Below are positions 35,988 through 46,628 of a stretch of DNA of 64,000 bases, piece after piece. Source of the DNA: Candidatus Magasanikiibacteriota bacterium (lineage in GTDB: Bacteria; Patescibacteriota; Patescibacteriia; Magasanikbacterales; GWA2-37-8); the NCBI GenBank assembly GCA_016189025.1, contig JACPGS010000005.1:385-64384 (forward strand), in the 5' to 3' direction. The notes under the pieces were generated by a model. The model had not been told where the DNA came from and searched no databases. It saw nothing but the letters and a program-made list of their open reading frames with translations. How positions within the stretch are numbered: position 1 is the stretch's first letter; each line of letters begins with the position of its first letter. The position numbers were made by a program, and so were the translations under genes.

Positions 35988-37940
35988 TTAAACAAAATTT
36001 AATTTTTCCCTCCTCGCAAACTCTCTAAACCCCTCCGCAATCTCATCTAAATCGTGATCAAGCACTTTGCGACCTTTGCCATCGTACATATTACTCCCAT
36101 CGGGCATTTTTTTGTATACATAATCCCCGGAATTATTTTTGCCGCCCTTTTTGGATACGGCCATAAAAATTGGATAATCCTTTAGCGGCTCACCGGCCCA
36201 CTTTTGCAAGAACAATACGCTTGTTTTTACTCCAGCATGAGGTCTAAAAGTATTTTGATGCAAACCAATAACCGCAAGTATCCGTGCCCTTTCAAAAAGG
36301 TATTCACGGATATATTCCGCATTTGTATTATTTAAAATCCCCTGCGGCAACACTATTGCCATCCGCCCACCAGGCCGCAGTAAATCCAGGCAACGTTCGA
36401 TAAACAAAATATGTCGCTCAATTTTGTTTACCAGCCTGCCGTTCTTTTTGCCAAAGTTATACTGCCGGAGCAAACCTGGATCTTTAACTTCGCCGGCAAA
36501 CGGCGGATTGGTAAGGAGCACGTTAAAGTTAAAATAGTGAAAGGTGCGGCGATTTTCGGTATTGTCGGCGGCATTGCCCATATCTAATAGCCGCGTTTGC
36601 AATTTGGATCGCGCGTCAAGTAGCTGGGCATCTTCACCTTGCCACTCACGCGGGTCTAAAGAGTTGAGCTTAAACAAGTGCGACCGGCCGTCTCCGGCAA
36701 TGAGCATCAGCGCTCGCGATACCTTAGAAATTTCCTCGGCAAAATCTATACCCCAGACACGCTCTTTGGCATACTCGCGCATCGCCTCGTCGGAACTTTT
36801 GCAATGCTGATCACGCGCCCAGTACATAGCGCTGATTAAAAATCCGCCGGAGCCGGTAGCCGGATCAATAACATATTCATCGCGTTTTGGATCCAGCATT
36901 TTTACCGCCATAGAAATGACATGGCGCGGGGTAAAATATTGTCCTTTCTTACCTTTGGCTACTTCCGGAATAAGATATTCAAATGCTTCATCAATAATGG
37001 ACAAATCCGAACCGAATAAACGCGCCTTCTCCAATTCGCCCACCACTATCGATAAATGCTCCGGCGATAAATTAACATTCTCCTGTTCGTAAAAAGTACT
37101 GGGCCATTTTTTTATTGCTTGCTTGAACAAATTATTTATTGCTTGATAAGTGCGCGCAGTATCTTTGTATTTGCGAAACTGCACTTCGTTGTCCGGCCGG
37201 TGCAAACGCGCTTCCACTTCATCAAATAATTTTGCATAAATGAGTTTAAACACTTCGGTAAATACGTCAACGCCGGAGTTGGCCAGCACCAGTTCTTCCA
37301 TGTTCTTAATAATTTCGCGCAAATCCATTTTGGCACTGGTATATTCAAATAGTGTCTTTTTTGCTTCCAGTAAATCGTCTACAGTTTGGTCCGCCTTCGG
37401 CAAGTCGGGCAGAGTATCGTCAAATTCTTTGGGATACGGCCGGTATAAAATGATGTGCTTGTTGCCATTGGACCATAAACCAATTTCCGCGCCTTCGGAA
37501 TTAAGGTACGACTTAAGCTGTTCAATACCCTTTGCTTCTTTGGGGCTTTTTACTTCAACAATAATGTAAGGCGTAATTTGGTCTGGTTTATGTACCACAA
37601 TATCCGCTTTTTTGGCGTGGATTTCGCGGCCAAAATGTATTGATTTTTCGATGGCCAATCGATCGGCCGGATATTGATACCCGGCACGAAGTTTATGAAC
37701 CCACAGTTGGCGGATAATTTCTTCCGGGTGGCCCTTTTGCTTTTGATTATCGTACACTACGCGGTATTGGTCTGGCGCCAAAAGATCTTGTATATAATAT
37801 TTACCATCGTTGCGATTCACAATATAAAGTGCTTCATCTATTGCTATTCCCTCAAACTCTTTAAGGCCAAACCCGTCCAGTGAATTATGAAAAATTTTTG
37901 CGATGGCTTCTTTGACTTTATTTGGTTTTACAGTGGGCAT
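35988..37940 (-). CDS. Fused HsdR_N-type nuclease and N6-adenine DNA methyltransferase
   Basis: PEEIIRQ...ADIVV...IVEVK...QLKSY; GQYFTPR, DPATGSGGFL, TNPPF. Confidence 0.9.
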   Translation of the reverse strand: MPTVKPNKVKEAIAKIFHNSLDGFGLKEFEGIAIDEALYIVNRNDGKYYIQDLLAPDQYRVVYDNQKQKGHPEEIIRQLWVHKLRAGYQYPADRLAIEKSIHFGREIHAKKADIVVHKPDQITPYIIVEVKSPKEAKGIEQLKSYLNSEGAEIGLWSNGNKHIILYRPYPKEFDDTLPDLPKADQTVDDLLEAKKTLFEYTSAKMDLREIIKNMEELVLANSGVDVFTEVFKLIYAKLFDEVEARLHRPDNEVQFRKYKDTARTYQAINNLFKQAIKKWPSTFYEQENVNLSPEHLSIVVGELEKARLFGSDLSIIDEAFEYLIPEVAKGKKGQYFTPRHVISMAVKMLDPKRDEYVIDPATGSGGFLISAMYWARDQHCKSSDEAMREYAKERVWGIDFAEEISKVSRALMLIAGDGRSHLFKLNSLDPREWQGEDAQLLDARSKLQTRLLDMGNAADNTENRRTFHYFNFNVLLTNPPFAGEVKDPGLLRQYNFGKKNGRLVNKIERHILFIERCLDLLRPGGRMAIVLPQGILNNTNAEYIREYLFERARILAVIGLHQNTFRPHAGVKTSVLFLQKWAGEPLKDYPIFMAVSKKGGKNNSGDYVYKKMPDGSNMYDGKGRKVLDHDLDEIAEGFREFARREKLNFV

Positions 37941-37947
37941 AAAAAAA

Positions 37948-38586
37948 TTATTTGATGGGCAACCACTGCCCGCTTTTACTCACGGAAATAACTTTTCCCT
38001 TGAGTTCAATATTATCTTTAAACAAAATATTTTGGTATTTAGGATTCTCCGGCTTCAAAAACAAATAAGGCGGCTGATCGGTAGACATAAACCGCTTGAC
38101 GGTGGTTTCATCGTCCACCTGCGCAAAAACAATGTCGCCGGAGACAAAATACTTTTGAGTTTGCACCAATACCTGGTCGCCGTCATCAATACCGGCGTTA
38201 ATCATGGAGTCGCCGGAAATTCGCAAGACAAAAACCTCATCTTTTAGTTTAGCCAAGCCGCCCGGCAAGGTTTGCCACTCTCCGGTGATTGCGAGAGCTT
38301 GAATCGGTGGACCGCCGGCAGCAACTCCCATAAATGGCGCCATTGGCTGGCGACCAAGCGCCTCATAGCCAAGCGGCAAGAGTGTTAAACCCCGTGCCGC
38401 GGCCTCGCTCCGCTTGATATAGCCATTTTCAACCAACTTTTTTAGAAGATCAACCACCGATTGATTAGACGCAACTTTCAATTCCTCCCGCATCTCCTCA
38501 AAGGTCGGCGGGTAGCCGCTGCCTTGAAAATAGTCATAAATTATTCCAAGTAACTGTTTTTGTCGCTCGGTAATGTCCTTTTTCAT
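37948..38586 (-). CDS. lexA: LexA repressor
   Basis: ITERQ, GYPPTFEEM HTH, VAAG cleavage site, GDSM, TVKR. Confidence 0.92.
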   Translation of the reverse strand: MKKDITERQKQLLGIIYDYFQGSGYPPTFEEMREELKVASNQSVVDLLKKLVENGYIKRSEAAARGLTLLPLGYEALGRQPMAPFMGVAAGGPPIQALAITGEWQTLPGGLAKLKDEVFVLRISGDSMINAGIDDGDQVLVQTQKYFVSGDIVFAQVDDETTVKRFMSTDQPPYLFLKPENPKYQNILFKDNIELKGKVISVSKSGQWLPIK

Positions 38587-38590
38587 ACCC

Positions 38591-38623
38591 AAATAGTATA
38601 CCCGACTATTTGTACAGGTACAA
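38591..38623 (-). promoter_or_regulatory. lexA promoter with overlapping palindromes (candidate operator)
   Basis: TTGTAC-17-TATACT on minus; palindromes TTGTAC-AG-GTACAA and AAATAGT-N7-ACTATTT. Confidence 0.5.
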
Positions 38624-38760
38624 TGACTCCCCCCTGTGGATAACCAATCTTCGTTAAACTGGTTACCGAATTCTCATAAAAACATATGCCCTGTCGCCAC
38701 TCATTCATTCCCAGTTTATTTATTGCCAACTACCCACTTTTCTCGTATAATCCCGCTATT

Positions 38761-40014
38761 ATGCCAGCGCTAGAAAACCGGCTAAAATTCACTCCCCTGG
38801 TTTATGTCACGCGAGATTTAGAGCGAGCTTTAGGGCTGCCCCTAAAAACTAAAAATTATTACCTGGTAACTAACGCCACGCCCTTTGCCAAGGCCACGGC
38901 TGCCGCGGCGGCGCGCGTGCTCTTGATAAAAGCAAAGGAACCGCTGGATACCCGCGAGCTGCTGCAACATCCGCCGACGATAAACTTCATCAAAAAAATG
39001 AAGAGGCAACCGGCTATTTTAGTTTTTAAAAATACTCCGCAAATAGAAAGAATCTGCGCGGCGCGGGGATGGCGCTTGCTGAACCCGAGCGCCGAGCTAG
39101 CCAATCGCGTGGAAGAAAAAATTTCGCAGTTAGAGTGGCTCGGGCCGCTAAAAAAATATTTGCCGCCGCATCAGGTGATGCTGGGCAAAGACTTGGCGTG
39201 GCAAAACAAAAAATTCATCCTCCAATTCAACCGCGCCCACACCGGACTCGGCACCATGCTAATTGAATCGGCCAGACAAATCCAGGAATTAAAAAAGAAA
39301 TTCCCCCGGCGTGAGGTACGCGTGACTAAATTTATCTCGGGGCCGATCTTTACTGTCAATAGCGTGGTGTGGGGCAATCGCGTGCTGGTCGGCAACATCA
39401 GTTACCAAATTACCGGCTTGGCGCCGTTTACTGACCAGCCCTTTGCCACGATTGGCAATGACTGGGCGTTGGCGAACCAAGCGCTAAGCTATCAACAGGG
39501 TAAGCAGATTAAGCAGATTCAACGTATCGCGATTGACATAGGGAAACGGCTGAGGGACGACGGGTGGCGAGGACTGTTTGGGATTGATGTAGTAGTAGAA
39601 GAAACCACCGGACGCGTTTATCTGCTAGAAATTAACGCCCGCCAGCCGGCCAGCGCGGCGTATGAGTCGCAGTTACAGGCGAGGAATAAAGGATCAAGTA
39701 GCAAGTACAAGGTATCGACATTTGAAGCGCATTTGGCCGCCTTACTCGGTCTCCCTCTTGCTCGCCCTGCTCTAATTCCCATTACCGCTGGAGCGCAAAT
39801 TATCCAGCGGGTCATTCGCTCCGCTTCCCCGCTTCCCGCTTCCCGCTTCGCTCTTACCAAATTATCCCACGCTGGCTTCACCATCATCCCCTATGCCAAC
39901 CCCCGCCCCGGCGCCGACCGGTTGCGCATCCAGAGCAAACAAGGAATAATGAAAGGGCATAACGAACTTAATACTGCTGGCAAGGGGATTGCTTCGTCGC
40001 GGAGTTTACACTGA
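38761..40014 (+). CDS. ATP-grasp domain protein
   Basis: VEEK, HTGLGT loop, GLFGIDVV, YLLEINAR. Confidence 0.8.
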   Translation: MPALENRLKFTPLVYVTRDLERALGLPLKTKNYYLVTNATPFAKATAAAAARVLLIKAKEPLDTRELLQHPPTINFIKKMKRQPAILVFKNTPQIERICAARGWRLLNPSAELANRVEEKISQLEWLGPLKKYLPPHQVMLGKDLAWQNKKFILQFNRAHTGLGTMLIESARQIQELKKKFPRREVRVTKFISGPIFTVNSVVWGNRVLVGNISYQITGLAPFTDQPFATIGNDWALANQALSYQQGKQIKQIQRIAIDIGKRLRDDGWRGLFGIDVVVEETTGRVYLLEINARQPASAAYESQLQARNKGSSSKYKVSTFEAHLAALLGLPLARPALIPITAGAQIIQRVIRSASPLPASRFALTKLSHAGFTIIPYANPRPGADRLRIQSKQGIMKGHNELNTAGKGIASSRSLH

Positions 40015-40051
40015 GCGGAGCGAATGTGCTCCTCGCAATGACACCATTTAT

Positions 40052-40819
40052 ATGCTCTCTGAACCAGCTCAACAAATTATCAACCGCTACCTCCACCTCC
40101 CTTTCAAAAATTTAAGCGGGGTGGGTTGCCCTTATTTTTTGAATAAAGGAAACCGGGTGCGGGGGGGCCTGCGGGCGCTGATCGGCAAAGGCAGCCCGGA
40201 GGATATTAGGGAAGAGGCGATGATTATTTCCCTGCGCGATAAAATTGAACTCGCGGGTTTGAATGCTGAACAATTGAAAAAATTTCTGGTAGACCACCGG
40301 CTGGGGGTGGACTGCTCGGCGCTCTTGTACTACGCCCTGGAGGCGGAATGCCGGGCACGCGGTTTAGGCAAATTAAAAAATCTGCTGCGTTTTCCGACCC
40401 AAAACCCCTGGCGTAAACTGCTGATTAAATTGCGTCCGGTGGAAAATACCAGCGTGCGGGTATTCGCGGCCCCGGAAAACAGCCGGGCAATCGCTCTAGC
40501 CGAAGCAGCGGCCGGAGATTTTATTATTGTCCTCAACTGGGACCCGGCGGAACATTACGATCATATTATGCTGATTCACGATGTTACGCGCTCTACTGAT
40601 GCACCGCCCGTCCTCCATTATACTCACTCCCTGCGCTGGGCTACGGACGGACGCTATCACCACGGCGTGCGCCAGGGAACGATTGAGGTTATTCACCCCG
40701 CCGCTCCCCTTACCGCCCAGCGCTGGACCGAACAAGGCAAAACCGATACCGACAACGAAACCTTCACCCGCGCCCAACGCGCGGAAAAAATTGAACTACG
40801 CAGATTGAAAATCCTATAA
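40052..40819 (+). CDS. NlpC/P60-like putative amidase
   Basis: GVDCSALLY, GDFI, HIMLI. Confidence 0.55.
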   Translation: MLSEPAQQIINRYLHLPFKNLSGVGCPYFLNKGNRVRGGLRALIGKGSPEDIREEAMIISLRDKIELAGLNAEQLKKFLVDHRLGVDCSALLYYALEAECRARGLGKLKNLLRFPTQNPWRKLLIKLRPVENTSVRVFAAPENSRAIALAEAAAGDFIIVLNWDPAEHYDHIMLIHDVTRSTDAPPVLHYTHSLRWATDGRYHHGVRQGTIEVIHPAAPLTAQRWTEQGKTDTDNETFTRAQRAEKIELRRLKIL

Positions 40820-40917
40820 AAACAAAGCGACTCCGGGCGTTCGCTAACAATAAATACTGTTAGCGTCATATGCCGAAGTCGTCGCTGCTTCCCAACATAT
40901 TCAAGTAATATTGAATA

Positions 40918-41245
40918 TTACAGGAAGTAGAAAGAAGTTTCGAGGCCGCTGCCGGCTGATTCCGGCCGGATAAAGATTCTCTGCGGTGGTTGATAAGTCG
41001 TGATACTCCAGCGACCGGTAAATTGGCCATCTTCATACACGGCCCTCTCTACCTCCTGGAGTTCACCAATCCAAGTAGTACCATGCCGCAGTTTATGCTT
41101 CAGAACGATTTTGAGTTGTGCCTCAACTCCGGTAGGATCAACTACCTGGAAATACAGCGACCGACCAGCTCTCTGGAAGCGCCGTAATAACTCTTCGTTC
41201 TGAACCTTGGGTAAAGGTTCTTTCCACTCCCATCCTTTCTCCATT
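40918..41245 (-). CDS. Hypothetical protein
   Basis: ORF with SD AAGGAG before MEKGW. Confidence 0.5.
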
Positions 41246-41361
41246 GGGAAGCTCCTTTTGTTCTCGCACAAAACCGCAACTATTGCGGCACTGACGAAGA
41301 ACACCATAGTCTACCATAATTCCTTGCTTTTGTCAAGTCCTTCTGCTAAAATACGGCGGCT

Positions 41362-42495
41362 ATGATGTTGCCGCCGGAACAACTGGCGCTCTTGCGCACG
41401 GCCATTTTCTATGGCCTAATTTCGTCTTTAGCGGCCTTTGCCTGGGCGCCGCTCCTGATTAAGTTTCTCTACCGCTTCCGAATTGTCCGCGATAAAGAAT
41501 ACGACGCCACGCTCGCCCTGGGCGAACGCAAAAACAAGGCCGGCGTGCCGGTGATGGGCGGCTTATTGGTAGTGCTCACCGTGGCGGCGATTACTATGCT
41601 ATTTAACTGGGAGCGGCGTTTTACCTGGGTGCCCATTGGCGTAATGCTGCTGTCCGCCGCGCTCGGCGGTTTTGACGATATTCTTAACAATGTGATCGGC
41701 CGGGAACGGCGCCTGCGCACCATCCCCCATGTACTGCGGCTGATTTGGGTGCACCGCGAATGGCGCCAGCGGCTGTGGTACGCCGTTACTCTCCCCTGGA
41801 CGATTTTTCAACGTTTGAGTCTGCGCCTGGGCTCCCACCCGGGCAAAGGCCTGCACGTGCACGAACGGCTGATTTTTCAATTTTTGGCCGGCGCGATCAC
41901 CGCCTGGTGGATCTATAGCAAACTGGGGGCGCAGTGGCGCGAGGTTTATTTTCCGTTTGACGGATATGTCAACATCGGCGGCTGGATTATTCCGCTGATT
42001 ATTCTCTTTGTGATGCTCACCGCCAATGCGGTAAACATCGCCGATGGCATGGATGGCCTGGCCGGCGGCGCCCTGATGATTACTTTTTGCGCTCTGACGC
42101 TGATTAGCTGGCTGGACGGTTACCCGGCGATTACTCTGCTTAACGCTACCGTGGTCGGCGCGCTGATTACCTATACTTATTTCAACATCAAGCCGGCGCG
42201 CTTCCAGATGGGCGATGTCGGCTCGCTCGGCCTCGGCGCGCTCCTCGCCATCAATACCATTGTCATCAACCGGATGCTGCTCTTGCCCTTATTCGGCTTT
42301 ATTTTTTTTGTAGAATTAGGGAGCGTCATCATTCAACTCTCCGGACGCTACCTCCTAGGCCGGCGCATTTTCCGCATGGCGCCCCTGCATCACCACTTTG
42401 AACTGCGGGGCTGGAGCGAGGAAAAAACCGTCATGCGCTTTTGGATTCTGCATGCGGCGGCGGTACTCTTGGGGCTGTGGGTAGCTCTCTATTGA
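41362..42495 (+). CDS. mraY: MraY-family transferase with a basic loop insertion
   Basis: KAGVPVMGG, GGFDD, NAVNIADGMDGLAGG, FQMGDVGS, IFRMAPLHHHFEL. Confidence 0.88.
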   Translation: MMLPPEQLALLRTAIFYGLISSLAAFAWAPLLIKFLYRFRIVRDKEYDATLALGERKNKAGVPVMGGLLVVLTVAAITMLFNWERRFTWVPIGVMLLSAALGGFDDILNNVIGRERRLRTIPHVLRLIWVHREWRQRLWYAVTLPWTIFQRLSLRLGSHPGKGLHVHERLIFQFLAGAITAWWIYSKLGAQWREVYFPFDGYVNIGGWIIPLIILFVMLTANAVNIADGMDGLAGGALMITFCALTLISWLDGYPAITLLNATVVGALITYTYFNIKPARFQMGDVGSLGLGALLAINTIVINRMLLLPLFGFIFFVELGSVIIQLSGRYLLGRRIFRMAPLHHHFELRGWSEEKTVMRFWILHAAAVLLGLWVALY

Positions 42496-42496
42496 T

Positions 42497-43750
42497 ATGC
42501 GAGAAAATTTTATCTTTCCTGATTACGAGGGCGACTGCCTCTCAAATGTGCCGCGTCTGGCGCAATCGCTATTAGGAATACCGGCCGAAGAAAATCCCTT
42601 GGCCAAGCTGATACCGGCTGATTTAGCCGGCCGGCCGGCGCCAAAAGTAATCCTGGTCTTGGTAGACGGCCTGGGCTGGAAGCAGTTCCAGGCCAGCGCT
42701 TTAACGCATCAGTTTTTTCAAAATTTAATGGCTAAAGGAGGGGCGCGTCCCCTTACCAGCGTCTTTCCCTCCACTACTGCCGCGGCCCTCTCTACCCTGC
42801 ACACCGGCCTCACTCCCCAAGAGCACGGACTGTTGGAATGGCGGGTATATTACGATGAGCTGGATCAGGTAGTGATTACTCTGCCGTTTACTACTTCGGA
42901 CAAAGAAGGGCCGGATAGCCTGCTGAAAAAAGGCGTGGACCCCAAACTGCTGATTGAGGCGCCGACGATTTACCAAAAGCTGAAAACTCAAGGCATCCCT
43001 TCTTTTGTATTTGCCAGCAAAGTTACGGCCCACGGCGCTTATTCCGGCCGCGTGCACGCCGGCGCTACTTCTATTGTTCACACCAACCTTTCGGACCTGC
43101 TGGTGAATCTGCGCGAAAAACTGGCCGCGGTCAGCGGGCCGGCGTATTTTTTTGTCTACTGGGAACTGTTTGATTCCATTGCCCACCACTATGGCCCGGG
43201 GAGCCGCCAGGCCGAGGCGGAGCTGGCAAGCCTGGCGCTGTTGTGGCAGAAAATTTTTGTGGAAGCGGTGGAACCGGCTGCCGCCCGTGATACAATTCTC
43301 CTCTTAACCGCCGACCACGGCCTGATTGATTTTGACCCGGCGACCACCGTGTACCTTACCGACTATCCCGAAATCATGGAGCTATTGGCAATTAGCCCGG
43401 CGGGCAAAAGAATCATGCCCTGGGGCAGTCCGCGCGACGTTTTTTTGCGGGCGCGGGAAGGGCAGATTACCGAGTTGCGTACCAAACTGGAGGCGCTCCT
43501 CGGCGAGCGGGCAGTAGTGGTGCCGACGGGGGAGCTACAGCAGGAGGGGCGATTCGGCTTGGGCGCTCCCCACCCAGCCTGGTTACGCCGTCTGGGCGAT
43601 TTGGTAATTCTTGCCCGCGATCACCAGGTAGTGTGGTACGAAGTTGCCCCGGGCGAGCGGGTGTTCAAACGCGGCATGCATGGGGGTTTGCACCCGGAAG
43701 AGATGCAGATTCCGCTCGCTATCACTCGGCTAACTGATTTACCAGAATAA
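42497..43750 (+). CDS. Alkaline-phosphatase superfamily protein (nucleotide pyrophosphatase-like)
   Basis: VLVDGLG, SVFPSTTAAAL, DSIAHHYGP, TADHG, GMHGGL. Confidence 0.88.
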   Translation: MRENFIFPDYEGDCLSNVPRLAQSLLGIPAEENPLAKLIPADLAGRPAPKVILVLVDGLGWKQFQASALTHQFFQNLMAKGGARPLTSVFPSTTAAALSTLHTGLTPQEHGLLEWRVYYDELDQVVITLPFTTSDKEGPDSLLKKGVDPKLLIEAPTIYQKLKTQGIPSFVFASKVTAHGAYSGRVHAGATSIVHTNLSDLLVNLREKLAAVSGPAYFFVYWELFDSIAHHYGPGSRQAEAELASLALLWQKIFVEAVEPAAARDTILLLTADHGLIDFDPATTVYLTDYPEIMELLAISPAGKRIMPWGSPRDVFLRAREGQITELRTKLEALLGERAVVVPTGELQQEGRFGLGAPHPAWLRRLGDLVILARDHQVVWYEVAPGERVFKRGMHGGLHPEEMQIPLAITRLTDLPE

Positions 43751-43753
43751 TCC

Positions 43754-44587
43754 ATGGCCTATTTTTCTTGGGGGCAACAAACTCTTACCGACTGGTCGGA
43801 CGCGGCAATCAATACCGCCTACGCTCAAGGCTATCTGTTTACGCGCCTGGGCAAGGGAGTGATGAATCAAACGCGCAGTCTGCGGATTGATTTGACAAAA
43901 TTTGAGCTGACCAGCGAAAACCGCCGGGTGCTGCACAAAACTGAAGCATTGAGTTTAGAAAAATTTCCTCTCCCCTACGCCAACTACCACTGGACGATCG
44001 GTAAGATGGCCAAAGACTTTTATGAACACAAATTTGGTTCGGGTACTTTCAGCGCCTTTAAAATTAAAGAATTGATGACTGATGAAGCCAAGAGTAATTT
44101 TAATACATTATTAGTGTATTCGCTGCCTATTGTCATTCTGAACGATGCCGCGACCTCGTCGGGGCATCGTGAAGAATTTCTATCCCCATCGCCAAACGGA
44201 CAGAGATCCTTCCCCCTCAACCCGGCTCGGGGTCAGGATGACAAAACGGCGATCGGCTACTGCATCGCCCGCGAAACTCGCGAACTGCTCCACTACGCCT
44301 ATCCGTTCTATCTTCTATCAGCTATCCGTTCGGCAGTGGATTCGGCAAGCTCACCACCGGTCTCAAGGCAGGCCAGCTACCAGCTACTGCCTAATACCGG
44401 TATTGGCATAATGCTCCGCGCTATCCTCTGGGCCAAAGACCGGGGCAAACAATACCTCTATCTTGGTTCTTTCTCGCGTCTAGCTGATACCTACAAACTG
44501 CAGTTTGCGGGATTGGAGTGGTGGAGTGGGAGGGGATGGAAAAAGGATTTAGATAAATTAAAAAAGATTTTAACACCAAAAATATGA
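43754..44587 (+). CDS. Aminoacyl-tRNA-protein transferase-like (ATE1/Bpt-type GNAT) protein with in-frame palindromic inserts
   Basis: RSLRIDL..F....NRR, YAYPFY, GIGIML, YLYLG, YKLQF..LE. Confidence 0.6.
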   Translation: MAYFSWGQQTLTDWSDAAINTAYAQGYLFTRLGKGVMNQTRSLRIDLTKFELTSENRRVLHKTEALSLEKFPLPYANYHWTIGKMAKDFYEHKFGSGTFSAFKIKELMTDEAKSNFNTLLVYSLPIVILNDAATSSGHREEFLSPSPNGQRSFPLNPARGQDDKTAIGYCIARETRELLHYAYPFYLLSAIRSAVDSASSPPVSRQASYQLLPNTGIGIMLRAILWAKDRGKQYLYLGSFSRLADTYKLQFAGLEWWSGRGWKKDLDKLKKILTPKI

Positions 44588-44943
44588 CGGACATTGATCC
44601 GATGAGAAAAAAATTTGCAGAAATTATAGAGGAGATGCTGGAAGAATTAGTTGAGCGAGTAAGGGTGCCGCCAGAAACTAAAGAATACATCAAACAAAAA
44701 CTGACTCGCTTTTGGGATGAGACATCGATTACGGGAAAGTTAAATTTTCACGATCGAGTACGAGAAGCTTTTTTTCTTTTTAATAATCCGCAAAATCATC
44801 CGGAAAAAAATAGACAAGCGGTACTTGAAATTGTCAAACATTTACTCCCAATAGAAATGACGGAATTATTCATCTTAGGAAGTGAATTTCAAAAAAGAGA
44901 AGGCGAGCCTGATGCCAAAATTATTCCGTTTAAAAAAAAGTAA
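44584..44943 (+). CDS. Hypothetical protein, 119 aa
   Basis: ATGA-type overlap with the upstream gene; AT-rich. Confidence 0.55.
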   Translation: MTDIDPMRKKFAEIIEEMLEELVERVRVPPETKEYIKQKLTRFWDETSITGKLNFHDRVREAFFLFNNPQNHPEKNRQAVLEIVKHLLPIEMTELFILGSEFQKREGEPDAKIIPFKKK

Positions 44944-44958
44944 AAACACTGATCGGTT

Positions 44959-46360
44959 TATGGCAGCTGAAAGAATACATTTTATCGGCATTTGCGGGGT
45001 GGCGATGAGCGCCCTGGCGTTGGCGTTTAAGCGGCAGGAGTGGCGGGTAACGGGGAGCGACGTGGGGTTTTATCCGCCGGTTTCTACTCATCTGAAAGAG
45101 GCCGGCATTGATTTTTACCCGGGCTGGCATCCCGATAAAATGATCGCTGACGGGGTGCCGGATTTAGTGGTGGTAGGTAACGTCGCAAGCTCTAATAATC
45201 CCGAATGGCGCTATGTACAGGAACATCAAATTCCCTACCGCTCTTATCCGCAAATTGTAGCCGAGCGCCTGGTGAAAAAGAATTCTATCGTCTGTGCCGG
45301 AACTTTCGGCAAAACCACCTCAACTGCTTTCCTTAGCTGGATTCTGCAGTGCGCCGACTACCGACCTAGTTATCTATTTGGCGGCATCAGCCTAAATACC
45401 GCCGCTCTCCCCTCTGCCTGCCTGGCCGAATCGGAATGGAGCGTGGTGGAAGGCGACGAATACAAAAGCGCGCGCTGGGACGAGCGGCCGAAGTTCGCCC
45501 ACTACTCCCCTACTCACCTGCTGTTAACTTCGGTAGTGTGGGACCATGCCGACCTGTATCCTACTGCCGATGCCTACCGGGCGGCATTCCAGCAATTAGT
45601 TGCCGCGATTCCCCCCGCCGGAGTACGGGTGATTTCGGAAAAAGCTCTGCCGTTGATAAAAGAGCCGGCCGCCGGACAAAATATAATTACTTACGGCGCG
45701 GCGCTCACTAATGATTATCTGTACACCAATGTTGTTCAATCGCCAGCGGGAGTAGAGTTTGACATTGTCCAGGGCGCGGAAAAATTTACGCTCTCTACCG
45801 CGTGCCTCGGCGAATACATGGCCGATAATTTAACCGGCTGCTTTGCCCTGGCGCGCTCCCTCGGTATTGACCCCAAAAAAATAACCAAGGCGATCGCTTC
45901 GTTCCCCGGCCTCAAACGCCGCCTGGAAAAACGCTACCAGGGAACGATTACCATTTTTGACGATATCGCCCATAGCCCGAGCAAAGCCCAGGCAGTACTG
46001 GAATCGCTCCGCGCTATTTACGCGGGGAAAATCATTGCGGTCTTTGAACCTAATACCGGCAACCGCCGCCCCGAGGCGGCCCGCGGTTACGACGGAGCCT
46101 TTGCTGGCGCTGACGAAGTAATTATCCCGCGCCTTACTCACCTAAAAATTGACCCGACGGAACTGGAACCTCCCTTTGCCGGGGACGAACTGGCGCGCAT
46201 TATCGGCGCCACTCACCCCCCGGTGCACTATTTACCGGACGATGAACAATTAATAGAATATCTTAAACAAAAAACACAACCGGACGATGTGGTGGTGTTT
46301 ATGGGCAGCCACGGGTTTAGGGGGATGATTGAAGAATTGATCAAGAAGATAGGCGCCTAG
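44959..46360 (+). CDS. mpl: Mur ligase of the Mpl/MurC type
   Basis: IHFIGICGVAMS, GSD..FYPP, AGTFGKTTST, EGDEY, DHAD, KRRLE, DDIAHSP, AVFEP. Confidence 0.85.
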
Positions 46361-46391
46361 ATCGGGATGACGCTCGCCGCCAGGGCCCGCG

Positions 46392-46556
46392 TCACTTCCC
46401 TTCCTCCACCACTTCTGCCAGCCACTGTCCCTTGCCGGTTTCCGTGATCATCAAGGCAATCCCGCACCAGCCGCACTCAATCATATCGTTGTGCTTAAGA
46501 TTAGGAAACCGCGCCAGCTTAACGTCATTTTTACACTCGGGGCAAATTAGTTCCAT
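46392..46556 (-). CDS. 54-aa LysW-like zinc-ribbon protein, not in the ORF track
   Basis: Manual translation MELICPECKNDV...IECGWCGIALMI...AEVVEEGK. Confidence 0.65.
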   Translation of the reverse strand: MELICPECKNDVKLARFPNLKHNDMIECGWCGIALMITETGKGQWLAEVVEEGK

Positions 46557-46628
46557 AAATAGAGAAAATTAAGATTAAGCTTTAATAATAGTATACAACT
46601 TAGATTGCCAATGTCAATGCGAGCGGAT

